Assembly (NCBI GenBank): GCA_003427395.1
Contig: BFEA01000030.1
Location: forward strand, 2,639,299 to 2,687,037
Direction of reading: 5' to 3'
Length of the DNA: 47,739 nt
Source of the DNA: Chara braunii
Taxonomy: Eukaryota > Plantae > Charophyceae
Shown here: one piece after another, positions 1 through 12,439 of the stretch
Numbering within the stretch: the first letter of the stretch is position 1
Layout of the letters: each line of letters opens with the position of its first letter
Program-made: the position numbers and the translations under genes
The notes under the pieces: generated by a model
What the model was told of the DNA's origin: nothing
What the model saw: only the letters and a program-made list of their open reading frames with translations
Database searches by the model: none

Positions 1-30
<30 letters not shown>
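1..30. repeat. (CA)n microsatellite
   Basis: Perfect CA run at window start. Confidence 0.95.
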
Positions 31-33
<3 letters not shown>

Positions 34-1509
34 CGTTCTCTCTGCCGCGTGAAAACACGGGCTAACGAAGCGGTGACAGCGGCGGTGGCGGCGCCTGGTC
101 GTCGGTCGCGGCTGAGTAGGACGCGACGTTCGGGCTGGAGCACGTTGATTCTTTCTACGAAGCGCCTACCCTGCCAGGCACCATAGCTGTGTGAGAGCTA
201 TGGCGACAGTGCCCTGGCGTAGCCGAAGCCCTTGAGTGGGTTAGGGAGTGCCATTGCACTCTTACGCCAATGGAGCTCCACATCTGACTTTCATACATCC
301 CTCATACCTAATTGAACCTAGACACCAGAAGAGCCGTTCTCTCCTTAGGCCTTCTGCTGAAAAGGGGGGGGTACGTTCTTACCATCCAAAGGTCGTGTAC
401 TGTACTTCCATGACACGCCATGTCGACTGTTGCGATCACTAGGAAAAGCAAGGAAGGCGGAGCGGCGCATCTGGACGCAGTGGGAGAGCGTGCGGCTGCG
501 GTGGCAGCGGTTCGGCATGCCCAAGGGCTTCAGCAAGTCTCGTTGGACCTTTCTACAACACAAGACAGTCAGAGAGGAGGGAGCAAAGCGCCCTGCGCCA
601 CGGTACGAGCAGGAATGGCGCTGTGAGATATTCAATATGTTCTAGCCTAGTAATTTGTATGTCTTCTTCGGCACATCTTGGCACAGTTTAGGTTAGTTTC
701 GGTGATTTAGCTGGGTTACATATTAGGTTGCTTTTAGACTCGACATATCTTGAGCGAGCGCCAAGTATGCGGATAGTCAATCCGGTACACTTAGCGCCAC
801 GGCAGATCTAAGTCTACTGTGCAAATTTCCTGTCGTGTCTCTTTGAGCGGTACGTGTGCTTCTTGTGGTTGTTGAGACGGTTGGCAATAGTCTCAGCGTG
901 AGTGGTTGGATTGAGATTTCTTGTTGTGAGTCATTTCGCGTGTTGTTTTCACTGCCCTTCTTTTGATGTGGCTCTTGGTACTCGATTCTTGCTCTGCTTG
1001 CAGTGCTCGTTAGGTCTTTGGTTCTGAGCATTCGGCACTTGCTCGGCTAGTAGAAGGATCCGTAGGCCCCTTTCTGTAGGTTTCTTATGGCATTGCGGGA
1101 GGAATTGTGCTGGTTCCGTTGACGTTTTAGATGTGCTTGACTCGAGATTTGTGCCTGCTATGCCGGGCTGTATCGAACACAGTTGTAATTCAGAGACTCT
1201 CGTAGTTTTTTTTTTTTTTTTTTTTCCCAAANAAAGGCCCTTGCGATATCCCTCTATCCTGGCGGTGGTAAGAGAACCGTCAGAATTGAGGGCTTACCTG
1301 TCGGGCTGCTCCATCTATTGGTGGGGAGCGGCACCTACTGGAAACCGGGTCCACTGTCCCATTGATACATCGTTTCGTACAGATATTTGGTTTTTGTACT
1401 GTTCTAGGTTCTTGAGACTGGGTACTTGTATTTCTATATTAGGAAGGGCTTGACTTTCTGTCTACCGGGACACATGACCGAAGTTTAACTCCTGAAAGTG
1501 GTAGCTCTT

Positions 1510-1875
1510 CAAGCGCAGGAAACAGTGATGCAGGGTCACCCATGCCTTGAGTGGCGTGGGGTTCTACGCTCGACCAGTGGCCATCCTGGGAACTCATGCT
1601 TATATCTTCACCACTCACGTATTATCGGTAGAATTTGGGGAATCAACAAGATGAAGGAACTAGACTGCAGGTGGGTATGCAAAACCCTGAAGACCACTGG
1701 GCGCCGCCATCAGCGGGAGTGGGAGACTCACTAGTGGCGGTGGGAACGTTTCCCAGGCGCGAGCAGGAATAGTGACATAGGGTCACCCATGCCTTGAGTG
1801 GTGTGGGGAGTGTTCTACGCTTGACCCTGTGCCATTCGGGAAAATCTGGTTTATACCTTCCTCGTTCGTATATTC
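1510..1875. repeat. Imperfect direct repeat of ~120 bp, offset ~248 bp
   Basis: gggtcacccatgccttgagtgg...gttctacgct occurs at ~1532 and ~1780, with similar flanks. Confidence 0.75.
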
Positions 1876-2170
1876 TGTGGTCGCGGTTATCCACCTCTTC
1901 TTCTCTTTGAATTCTCTGGAGCCCCCTCCCACTCTCTATATGTGGCCGATCTCCTGGCCGTTTTAAATCGTCCATTTTCCATCATTAATATTTATGTGCC
2001 CGGTTTCAGTGCTTCGATCTAAGAATGGATGGAACTTTAGAGTTGTTGTGCACCTAATAATTTAGCAATTTCTTGGAAGTAATTTTAGGGTTATCTTGTT
2101 AACTTCGTGCGAATCCCTCCTGCATTCTTGAGATTTGCAGTTCATAGCTTATAGTTCTGTTGCCAATAGT

Positions 2171-2225
2171 ATGCTCGTATCAGCACCCCTACTACCCGCT
2201 CGGGTTGTTTAAGAAAAAAAAAAGC
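2171..2225 (+). mobile_element. Very short retroposed 3' fragment with A-tail and TSD
   Basis: tctgttgccaatagt is duplicated at 2156-2170 and 2226-2240 around ~55 bp ending in an A-rich tail. Confidence 0.65.
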
Positions 2226-2474
2226 TCTGTTGCCAATAGTGTTTCGAGTTTAGAAACATGCCTGCGCCTCCCCGAGTAGTAATGATATTGTACTGATATA
2301 GATTTGCCTGGTAATTTTTGTTTTTTTTTTGGAGATTCCTCCAAGGGACACTGGACCCGGTTTCCAGGAGCCTAAGCTGAGTAATGACCGCAGCAAGTTC
2401 GCACCGGGTTGATATGTAGGGGTGTGTTCGGGGCCCCGGTGGTCTCATTTGGAATAAAAAGTACTATGTTTCTC

Positions 2475-2509
<35 letters not shown>

Positions 2510-2845
2510 ATTCTCTCTCAGCACCAAGGAACTCTCTTTTTGCCCTTTTTCCTCCCTTACCTTCCCCCTCCCACTGGATGTTTTAGTGATTTTTTTTTTT
2601 TTTTTTCGCTGGATGTATTTTACACAGCAGAAAAGATGAAAAAAAAAAAAAAAAAAAGCGGATGAATCGCCTTTTTTGGAACCTTTTGGAAAAACACGTC
2701 CAGATTCAGGCACCAAATCCAATCCTCTCTGCTGGTGGGACCTGGGCCCACCCGCTCACCATAACCTTCACCAAGACCTGCCTTGTCCCATGTCCCAACG
2801 GCAAGCTCTCGCACCACCGCTGTGGTGCCAACCTACCCCGTGGGC

Positions 2846-3007
2846 CAAGTCCCACTAGTAGCAGCGTTGAGCAACCTCAAAGCCTGAATCTGGACGTGTT
2901 TGTGGAGACGTGCAGTTCAGGAAACTCGACACCATTTCTGCACATGTCTGCTAAAGCGTCCAGATTCAGGCGTTGAGGTAGCTCAATGCTGCTACTAGTG
3001 GGACTTG
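2846..3007. mobile_element. Palindromic MITE, family A
   Basis: Long TIRs caagtcccactagtagcagc...gctgctactagtgggacttg, with internal inverted gcctgaatctggacg/cgtccagattcaggc. ccccgtgggc lies on both flanks. A half copy sits at ~2690-2742. Confidence 0.8.
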
Positions 3008-3102
3008 CCCCCCGTGGGCTGGGGAGAGATCCGCGGGTCTGTTGGTGTTCCCCCTAAACTATACATAGACTACTTAGTGAGAGGATGAGATATAGATGCT
3101 TA

Positions 3103-4114
3103 GGGTCTCTTTAGACGCTCCTAAAAGTTCATGTTTTTAGGATTGTGTCTTTGGTTGCACGCAATCCTAAATCCAATTTTGAGATCGAGAAAGTGAAAAC
3201 GGCGTTAGGACGAGTCCTAAAAGATTTAGGATTCCCCAGCCAAAATCGTCCTAAATTTTCCAGTAGCCCCCGACCTACTGAAAAATTTAGGATTCCCGCG
3301 CTTCACGGAGTTGTGGCGTCGCGCGCACCACACCGTCGTCTCGGAAGTGCTGTTGTAGAACAGGGCCGTCCGTCCAGGGGTCGGACATTGGAGGTATTCG
3401 GTGGGCCGACGGGGCCAACGGCCACGAACGGTAGCCGTTGGCGGGGTGGTGCACTGCCGTGGGGGGGGTGGGCGCCGGGGACCGAGGGTAGCCGGGCTTC
3501 CGTAGTCGACCATTGCCTTGCTAGTGCGAAGCGGAGGAGGAGGACGACGTGCGCCGGTGGTCGACGCTGGTGGAAGACAACACGCTAGCCCGACGTCAGG
3601 ATGCGCACGCTCGCGGATGATGGTGGAAGACAGCCCAACCGCAGGAGGACAAGCTGCGCCGCCGCCCCACATGCGCCCGGTGCTCACCACTCGCGCACAC
3701 TCCACACTGTCCACAGATGAATACCCACGGCGGAAGGTTCGCCAGCGCCGTCTTTCGTACGTCTTTCGCGTCGCTTGCCAGTCCTACGCCAGCCAGAACG
3801 AACCCCCGCCCACCCGTCCGGGAAATGTCGAATTTGAATTTTCGAAGTCCACGATATGCGCGCTTCCCACCGAAGACACATACACGCGGACGGCCTACCG
3901 CGCTGTGTACCACGGACACCACCCACGAGTGGACGGACGTCGACGACGCGGCTGCGTATAGGCATATGAAAAGAGGCCGCGGGACAACTTTTAGGACGAG
4001 TCCTAAAAGACGATTTTTAGGATTGCGTGGAACCACTCGGCACGAAATCCTAATAAACCCTTAGGACTCGTCCTAAAAAATTTAGGATTCTTTTAGGAGT
4101 GTCTAACGAGACCC
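3103..4114. mobile_element. Non-autonomous PIF/Harbinger (Tourist-like) DNA transposon
   Basis: TIRs gggtctctttagacgctcctaaaag / cttttaggagtgtctaacgagaccc; TTA on both flanks (3100-3102, 4115-4117); subterminal tttagga/tcctaaa repeats; no transposase ORF. The right end is duplicated at ~4121-4166. Confidence 0.8.
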
Positions 4115-4619
4115 TTACTTCCTGAAAAAATTAGGATTCTTTTAGGAGTGTCTAACCAGACCCTTACTACCAAAAAAAAAAAAAAAAAAAAAAAGACTAA
4201 CGGGGGCAGACAAATAAAAAAATGAGAAACAAAAAGAACTACTTGGTTATTGGATTCAGAAGTAGGAGGACGAATGTAGACCTCCGCAATATGGTGTCAG
4301 AGGTTCGCTGCGTTTTAGCAGAGTATAATGAATTCTGGTTCAATGTTCGATGACTGAGGTGGTGTTAGCTTTAAATTTGAATTTCTGCTTGGTGGCGGGT
4401 AGATAGAGTGTAGATAGGGAGTGTAGTTTCATGGGATGGTTTCAGTTTTGCTGCGGTGGGGTTAAGCCTGGCCGGAGAGTCTGGCTCATCCCTGTGGCTG
4501 CGGCTACTCATGTGAGGGATGCTGGGCCCGTTTCCCAGCTTATATAATAAAAATGGAACCTTCTCTTTAAAAAAAAAGAAAAGAAAAAAAAAAGAAAAAA
4601 AAAGAAAAGAAAAAGAAAA

Positions 4620-5567
4620 GACACTATAGCACAACCAAGAGGGGACGTGGGGCTGGGCCTGCTGGACCCGAGACAACAGAATATGGCACTGCTGGAAAGA
4701 TGGCCAATCAAGGCTATGTTTGAAAAGGAGGACAAAATATGGATTAAATTAGCTGAGTACATACTGGGGACAGAATGGGAATTAGATAATCACACTACAG
4801 TGTGGCTTTGTCTGTTGTTACCGTCATATGCGAACAGACGTCCAAAGTCGCAGACTTGGAGGTCTGTCTTCCTAGATACAGAAGAGTGTACGACCTACAG
4901 AACAGATCCTGTTCAAGTTCAGTCGTCGCAGACTTGGACGTCTATTCTCACAGCGTGGCGAAAAACTAGACCATCAGAACACTTTCCCCCCCGCTCGAAA
5001 GGCCAAGTGCTAAATGAGCTTTTGTTTGAAAATGCTGCAATCTTGCAACAAGACAGTACACCCTTCTCAGCGGCCCAGACACAGGGCAGCTTTGGTAGAC
5101 CCTGGATCAAGAAAGGCATTTTAACGATTAAGGATATTTGGGACGAACAGTCCCAGGACTGGGTTACACAGCAGAGATTAAGGCTACATCTCCCAAGGCT
5201 ACACAGCGTTAGGATTCACGTGGCGGCCCTGAAGGCAGCGATCCCAGAGACCTGGAAAACACTGCTGACAGGAGAAGCGCTTCCGTATGGGAATTCATGG
5301 GTAAGAGCACCAACGGCGGAGGAAAATTTTTGGAGGATCTTAGGCCCAGGTCTTCAGCAAGGCACGAGTATCCAGGAATGGAAACCAGCAGCAAGTTCGA
5401 CAACAGAGCAGAAGCTTTGCAGACCACTAACTTTGATAGAAGAGAGAACGGAGTAACCAAGGGGGGGCATGAGACCATTGGAGCTATGCCAAGGGTGGAA
5501 GGCATAACCATCTTGTTCAACGTAGCTGATGCCGGGGTTGTTTTTTTTTTTTTTTTTTTTTTTGGGG

Positions 5568-5617
<50 letters not shown>

Positions 5618-6692
5618 AGATGCTGAACAGAGACTTAGAAGACGTGAGGGTTTGGCTTACCAAAGACAGTAGAGGGGTGGAGCAATGTATGGGGGGAGTT
5701 TCAGCTGCCCAGTACAAAGTAGAGCCATTTAGTTATGGGTGGAAGCTGAAGAGTCAGCAAACAGAGTTGCTTCCACTAGTACAATACTCAACAAGTGTTG
5801 GCAGAGGAATACAGAGATCCAGAGTAGCGGAATCCCCAACAGTGGTTGCTTGCAGAAGATGGGACGAGTACTGCCCGAGCCTGATGAAACCGCGAGACTT
5901 GCATTGTTTGTGGGCTCAATTCAAGTTGAAGAAGATGACAAGCCAGAAGACTGCCGCCCTGCTGTGGTTGCAATCCCTTCAAGTAGTGGCCTCAGCCACA
6001 TGGTTAACTACCAAAGGTCTGAACATCGATCAAACTTGTTCACGTTGCAAGTGGGCTTGGGAAACGACAGCACACCTTCGGATTCACTGCCCGGTTTCAA
6101 TAAGACTGGCAGTGGTGGCGGCGTCATTGGCAGGCCATCACGGCAGATATTACGCCACAAGTACTGGAATGGACAGACACTTGGATCCTGACTGGGACAG
6201 ACTCGGGCCAGAAACTATACTCCAGAGGGTGGGGGTACGTAGCTCAAACATGCAGAGGAGTACTGATGGGGGTAATTTGGCGGATCAGGAATGCTGCCCT
6301 CTTCCAGGGCGACCACTGGTCATTCCCCCACACCCTGTCGGTAGTGAAGGCTCAGATAAGGAAAGTCGTCAGAGCCGACTGGCATTCTAAGAACAAAGTT
6401 TGGTTCATGAACACTTGGGCACTGGCAAATCGCCTGACAAAAGTTTCGACTGACACAGAACTGGTGACAGGACCTTGGCTGAGCTCTTGAGCTGGATCCG
6501 GATACAGCGTTACAGATCGGAAGTGAGGTACAGAATAAAGCAAGCTTGGAAATGATAGTTCATAGTAGGATAGGAGAGGAAGCATTGTATTCAGGGGCCG
6601 AGATTAGGCCTCTGTAAGCGAAGTGGTATATGGCATTTCAGGCTGAAGGAGTGGAAAGTTTTCAGCTATGATTAGTTCAGCCACCGTTTATC
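4620..6692 (+). mobile_element. 5'-truncated L1/Tx1-like LINE (ORF2 C-terminal part and 3'UTR); tail displaced to 10282-10331
   Basis: ORFs 4647-5456, 5620-6390 and 6266-6490 give GLGLLDP...LLFEN...CSRC..ETTAHLRIHCP (zf-RVT-like)..IWRIRN. It is interrupted by a T-rich insert at ~5455-5615 and by the minus-strand LINE. Confidence 0.85.
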
Positions 6693-6706
6693 TGTGCTTC
6701 AAGGCT

Positions 6707-9700
6707 TTTTTTTTTTTTTTTTTTTTTTTTTTTGTCTCAACTGCCTTTTGATTGATCTCTTAATCTCTACGTCAGCAAAAGGCTTACCCTCGAACCTAGA
6801 CCTGTTTCTGTCTGCCCAGATAACGGAGCAGATAACAGCTCTTGCCACCTGGGCCACATATGCCCAGCCCCTTTTCCCTGTCTCTTCCTCCTTCACAAAT
6901 CCCCGTAAGACCCATTTCTCATCCCACTCCATCTCTTGGGCCCCCATCAGGGTCCAGTGTTCAGCCCACCACCTCCACACCCTCTTCAAGGCCGGGCATT
7001 CCCACCAGAGATGTCTGGTGGATTCAAAATGGCCAGGTACAACGAGTGCAGCCCATGTCAACTGGGGTTCCCCTCCCATTCAACCAAACTGCAGACGGGG
7101 TAACTAGCAGCGATAGTAACCACAGGATAGTAGCTTGCTTCCTGTCCGGTAATTCCAAAAGGGTACTCCATAGTTTCGTAAAGTCCTCCGCTTTAGATCC
7201 CATATCTTCCGAAAGCACCGTCCCCCACCTGCTGATAGCAACATCTACCGGAGATCTTGACTTGCAGTCTGCCAACTTGTAGGACTCTTTCACTGTCATG
7301 TCCAACAGGTCACGCTTGTTGCCATCCCACTTCCAGGCGCAGGGGTCAATTCGAAGGAGCTTCAGCGGAACCTGTCCTATCCAGGTCACAGACTCCAGCT
7401 CCCCTGTTCTGTCAACAGTTTCTCTTACCCTGATCTGTCGGGGATTCTCCCATTGTCTAATCACTGCTTCATCGATCAACTGCAGAACCCCTGTCTGCCT
7501 GTTCACCTTCCAGATTTGGACCTCTCTAAAACCACACTGCGTCAGCCCCTGAAGCTTCCAAACCACTCCTTCTTCACTGGCCTCTTGGACAGGCAGGTAC
7601 CAGGTTCCCACCGGGTCAAGGCCTTTTGGTCCCAGGAGATACGCCCAATGATCCGGAATACCCTTTAAAACAGCTCTCCAATGCTCTTCTGTCCTTCTAA
7701 GACCCTGGAGTTTGGGACGAATTTCCTCAAAGGGTCTCCAGCTTCCCAGCACTGCTGACCATAGGTCTGCAACCTTCGAAATCCCCCTCCTGATCTATGC
7801 GCTACCGAAGGCTGCTGATTCTGTACCTGCCGAAAACTGGGAACCCTCCTCATCCACGATCCACGGGTTTTCAAAGAGGCATTGCTGTAGAATTTCCTCA
7901 GTTGTCTGTGGGGGTGACCTCTCCTCTGGGGGCAGTTTCACCCAGGCCCTTCGGACTGCTTCCCAGAACTCCGAAGAAAGCCTCTTCTTCGTAAAGGAGT
8001 TCACAAAGAAACAGACCCACACATCTTCCCTTCTAGATAGGCGCCATTCCCTCATAAGAATTTTCTCAGCTAACCAAATTCAATCTTCCTCCACATTGGA
8101 TTGCGCTACTTTTGCCAACCACCACCTTAGCTGGGCCTGGTTCCTCCTCTGCGGGTCCAAAATGCCCAGGCCACCATTCTGTTTAGAGACCGTGACTAAC
8201 TCCCATGCTACCTTTGTCAAGAACCCCTCCTCCTTCTTTGCTCTGGGCTTCCTGAGAAATTTCGCCGCCAATCTTCTAATACTTGTTAGCGTTGGGCCCG
8301 TGATCTCTCTTACCATACCAACGAACCAGATAAGAGAGAATAGCGCCACATTAATGACCATAGCTCTCCCAAATAAGGATAGGTGTCCCGCTATCCCCCA
8401 ACCTCCAAGTCGTGCTTCCACCCGTTGGTGGATCAGCGAACCCTGAATCGCCCCCATCTTCTGTGTGCTCACTAGGACGCCCAGAAAGCGTACTCCTTTG
8501 ATTGGATGCACTCGCTGCATACCCCATTCCACCTGCAAGTTACATCCCTCTGGTAGCAAGTACGTTGACTTATTCCAGTTCATTGTTGCTTCTGACAACT
8601 GTGAGTACTCCATTAAAATTTCTTTGATAGCCCCCAACGAGGCAGCGGAGTTCTCCGACACTATGAAAAGATCATCAGCTAACGCTTTCGTTCGGCACTC
8701 CTTGTCAACTGTGACTTGTAACCCTCGGATGTCCGGATGCTTGCGGATTCTGTTGAGAGGTATCTCCAACTGCACCACAAACAGCAGCGAGGCCAAAGGG
8801 CACCCCTGCCTTAGCGATCTTGTTAATGGGAACCAACGGGACAGGTGGCCATTTATCTGAACTGTAGAGGTCGCACAAGTATACATAGCAATCACCCAGC
8901 GGCAGAACCCCTGTCCGAACCCCATCTTATGCAAGATTGTGAGAACAAAGGACCAACCAACCCGGTCATAGGCTTTCTCCATGTCCAGCAGCAGAACGGC
9001 CATGTCCAGATTCTCCTCCCGTATTTCCTGAATACATTCGATTGCAGTCACAATATTAGCAAAGATGGATCTGCCTTGAACAAAGGCCCCTTGATCTCTG
9101 CGCACTAGCTCCGGTAGAACCTTTCCCAACCTTATCGCAAGTGATTTAGCTAATATCTTATAACTGACATTCAAAACTGAGATCGGCTGGTAATTCCGGA
9201 CATTGGCTTTACCCCTTTCTTAAACATTGCAGAGATGACACCATGCGTCATACATTCACCTAAGTTACCTTCCTCTAACACCCCGTTAAAGACCTCAATT
9301 AACGCTGGCCCCACTGCATCCCAACAAGATCGGTAAAATTCAAGGGTCAACCCATCCCTCCCTGGGCATTTCCCTGGTGCCATCTCTCTCAAGGTCTGCT
9401 GGAGCTCCTCGCTTGTGAGAGGCCTATCCAAGGCTAATCTCTGTGGTGCTGTCAAGCCAACTGTAGTATCCTGCCACATGTCAATTTCCTCTGAGAGGTC
9501 CGAATCCAAGGTATCTTCTTCCCTTCTTGTAGTCAAGATATCAGTGTAGTAGACTCTGTCTGGCATACTCCAGAATCCTTAACGGATCAGTAGCGGGTGA
9601 GGCTGATTGGTCAAATGGGTGGTCTAATTGAACAACCTGATGGACGGAGGAGCTTGGTAGCAATCTCCTAAAAGTATCCTTGGTGAGTCTGTCCTGTACT

Positions 9701-10267
9701 ATGATCCCGTCACCCTCAACCTCTCCTCCCACCTTTCCTGTTTCTCCAATTGTAACTTGGCCCATTCAGCCAACCTCTTCTCCCTCTCTACCACCATACC
9801 AACTCTGAAGTTGGATGCTCCTCAAGCCTCCTCTCAGCCTCCTCTACTGCCCTCCGACAATGCTCCTCTTCTTGATTACGGTCTTGGGCCAAAATCCTGG
9901 AACAGACATGCAATACCCCTGATATAATGGCCACCCCCCCATCAAACCAATCCGCTACGGACGAAAAGTCCCCTTTCGCTAACTGCCAGGCTTCCATCTG
10001 ATCAGCAATCCGATGCTTAATCCCCGGCACTTCCAAGTTTTGCGCATTTAATTTGAAGTAACCCCTTCCTCTTTCCATAACCTGGCTGATCACGAGGTCT
10101 GCAACCACCTGTTTATGGTCAGACATCGGGTGTTGCATCTGTTTAACTTGAGTCACGGAGCAGCAGGCCAGAAGAATGATTAATGTCAGACACTTGTTCT
10201 GAAAGACGACTGAGACATTAATCATTCATCTATCCCTTCAACCACCCGTTTCTGGTCAGACATCGGG
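6707..10267 (-). mobile_element. 5'-truncated L1/Tx1-like LINE nested in the 3'UTR of the plus-strand LINE
   Basis: Poly(T) at 6707-6733 is the minus-strand poly(A). A 14-bp TSD tgtgcttcaaggct lies at 6693-6706 and 10268-10281. Confidence 0.9.
6734..10135 (-). pseudogene. LINE ORF2 (end of APE endonuclease, reverse transcriptase, zf-RVT), disrupted
   Basis: Motifs HPMSDH and YFKLN; PGKCPGRDGL; YKILAK..QGAFVQGRSI..DMEKAYDRV..LRQGCPL..ALADDL; CTRC...ESTRHLWWECP. Broken by stops and frameshifts over ORFs 9788-10225, 9541-9765, 9171-9566, 8080-9174, 7795-8055, 7024-7752 and 6699-7079. Confidence 0.93.
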
Positions 10268-11174
10268 TGTGCTTCAAGGCTATTTTGAGCTCTTTTTTCC
10301 CTTAAAAAAAAAAAGAAAAAAGAAAAAAAAACAGAAGTGGCGGGGGCGCACCTCCCCGCAGCTTTCGGATACGGAGCAGCAGGCCAGACCACGCATGCTA
10401 ATAATAACAATAATAATAATAAAACAAAAAAGAAAAAAGAAAAAAAGAAAGACTCCGCATGCTCCGATGGTGCTATACATGTCCTCCTGCTATTACGGTC
10501 AGGCCCGACGGGTAAGCCTATTGGCACGCCAGACAGATAGTATAGGACGACAAGAATAGAAGATGCATCTGGCCTCATTTACGGCCGATACGATAAATGA
10601 ATGTGACCGCAATTGCCTCCACGTTGTTCAGAAAAGCAGTCAAAAAGAGTCCCATCTACGCCGCCACGCTCCACCACTCCACAAAGAAACAAAACAAAAC
10701 AAAAGACAAAAATTATTATGGCTCTGTATCTTTCCGTGTTGTAGCTGGAAGATCCATTCTGATTTTGCACATTTGGGTCAGTAGTCCAGCCAGGCCCCTT
10801 TCTGTTTTTTTGTTTTTTTTTCCATGCCAAATGAGAGACAAACAGAGGCCCGGGAATACACCTCGACAATACAACCCGGTACATCAGACGTGCTCGGGCC
10901 ATTACCCAGCTGTGGGCTTCTGGAAACCGGGTCCAGTGTCCCTCCTCTAAAGTACTCCAAAAAAATCAAGAAAAAAAGGATGAAAGGCATCTACTAAACA
11001 GATTATCTAATCTCTTCTTCCGAGCCAGGCCCTTATGTTGTTGTTGTTGTTGTTGTTGTTGTTTTTCTTTTTCTTTTTTTCCGTTTTTTTGGCAGCCGGG
11101 CACGCGCCCAATTTGAAAACGACAAAAGAAGAGCGTGCTTATCTTTCTGCCTTCGAACTGAAGATACTGCTCGC

Positions 11175-11346
11175 CAGGGAAAAGGTCCCACTAGCAACAA
11201 GGATCGGATTGAATGCCCGAATCTGGATATGTTTTAGGCAAAGATGCAGAAAAGCCATTCAATTTCGAATTCCTGCACCTGTGCACAAACACATCCAGAT
11301 TCGGGCATTCGATCCGATCCTCTTTGCTAGTGGGACCACGCCCCAG
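11175..11346. mobile_element. MITE family A copy (degenerate)
   Basis: caggg..ggtcccactagc ... gctagtgggaccacgcccc, with internal gaatctgga/tccagattc, as at 2846 and 12269. Confidence 0.7.
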
Positions 11347-12268
11347 GAGCAGTAGCAAAGCGGATTGGATTAACGGCCGAATCCGGACGCGTTTGTCCAT
11401 TGGTGCAGAAAATCAGAAAATCCAGATGAATGGGATTGATCAAATGTTATGCATCTACACGTAAAAGACGTCTAGATTCGTACGCCCCAGTTAACGCACA
11501 CTTTGGCTTTCTTTTTTTGTCTGATTTTACATCCTGTGAAAGGCTGGGGCCCTGGCTGGTGGTTAGAGGACCAGATCAAGATCGCCCCCACCCCTTATTN
11601 NNNNNNNNNNNNNNNNNNNNNNNNNNNNNNNNCCCCTCCTCTTGCCTTTTGCCCTCCACCCGTTGACACCCCCCCCCCCAAAAAGAAAAAAAGAGAGAGC
11701 CGTCAGGGTCCACGCTTTGTAGTGTATGATTACGATCCTTTGGAGGGGTCTCACCTGATTGAAAAACCGAATTGTGAATGAGAGTTAGGAGCCGAATTTA
11801 GGCTTGAATAGGAGTCTGGCACAGAGGGGCAGGGAGGTTAGGAGGGTGGAGAAAGCTCTGGTAGGGGGAGACCCTGCACCCACTTTGTCTGCTTGTGTTG
11901 ATTGTTTAGTTGTGGGTTGTAGGTGGTGTCTATGTGGTTTGCGACGAGTGGGGGGGCTAGCTCTGGGATTTTAAAGGAAATTTGTAAGACAGCGGGATGC
12001 TGGTCTCGGACCCCAGCACAGGATTGATTAGTATAGGCCGAAGGATGGGAATTGATATAGCTTTCTCCTCGGTCACCTTTTTTCTGAGCTACAAGTTGGA
12101 GTTTTGAGAAGTAGTATTTTTTGGGGAGGCTTTGGGACGCTGGACCCGGTTTTCAGCATGGTGACTTGTTTCTTCCGGGTTGAATTGTGAGGTCCCCGGC
12201 CTCGTCCACTGTTTTTGAAATAAAGTGACAACTTCTCAAAAAAAAAAAAAAAAAAAAAAAACTGGGTC

Positions 12269-12439
12269 CAGGGCCGTGGTCCCATCAGCAACGAATGTCG
12301 GATTGAAGGTCTGAATCTGGACGGGTTTGAGGACAGGTGCAGGAAATGGAGATCGACTGCTTTTCTGTATCTCGGCATTAAACGTGGCCAGATTCAGGAT
12401 TTCTATCTTATCCCCTTTGCTAGTGGGACCACGGCCCTG
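12269..12439. mobile_element. MITE family A copy with hAT-like CAGGG ends
   Basis: 16-bp perfect TIR cagggccgtggtccca / tgggaccacggccctg. Flanks aactgggt and aactgtat may be a degraded 8-bp TSD. Confidence 0.75.

Noticed and set aside
248-645. Short ORFs at the window start
   Set aside because: No recognisable motif and no supportable exon structure.
3145-4064. ORFs in the Harbinger-like element as transposase or Myb-like protein
   Set aside because: No DDE or Myb/SANT motifs; these are overlapping GC-rich spurious frames.
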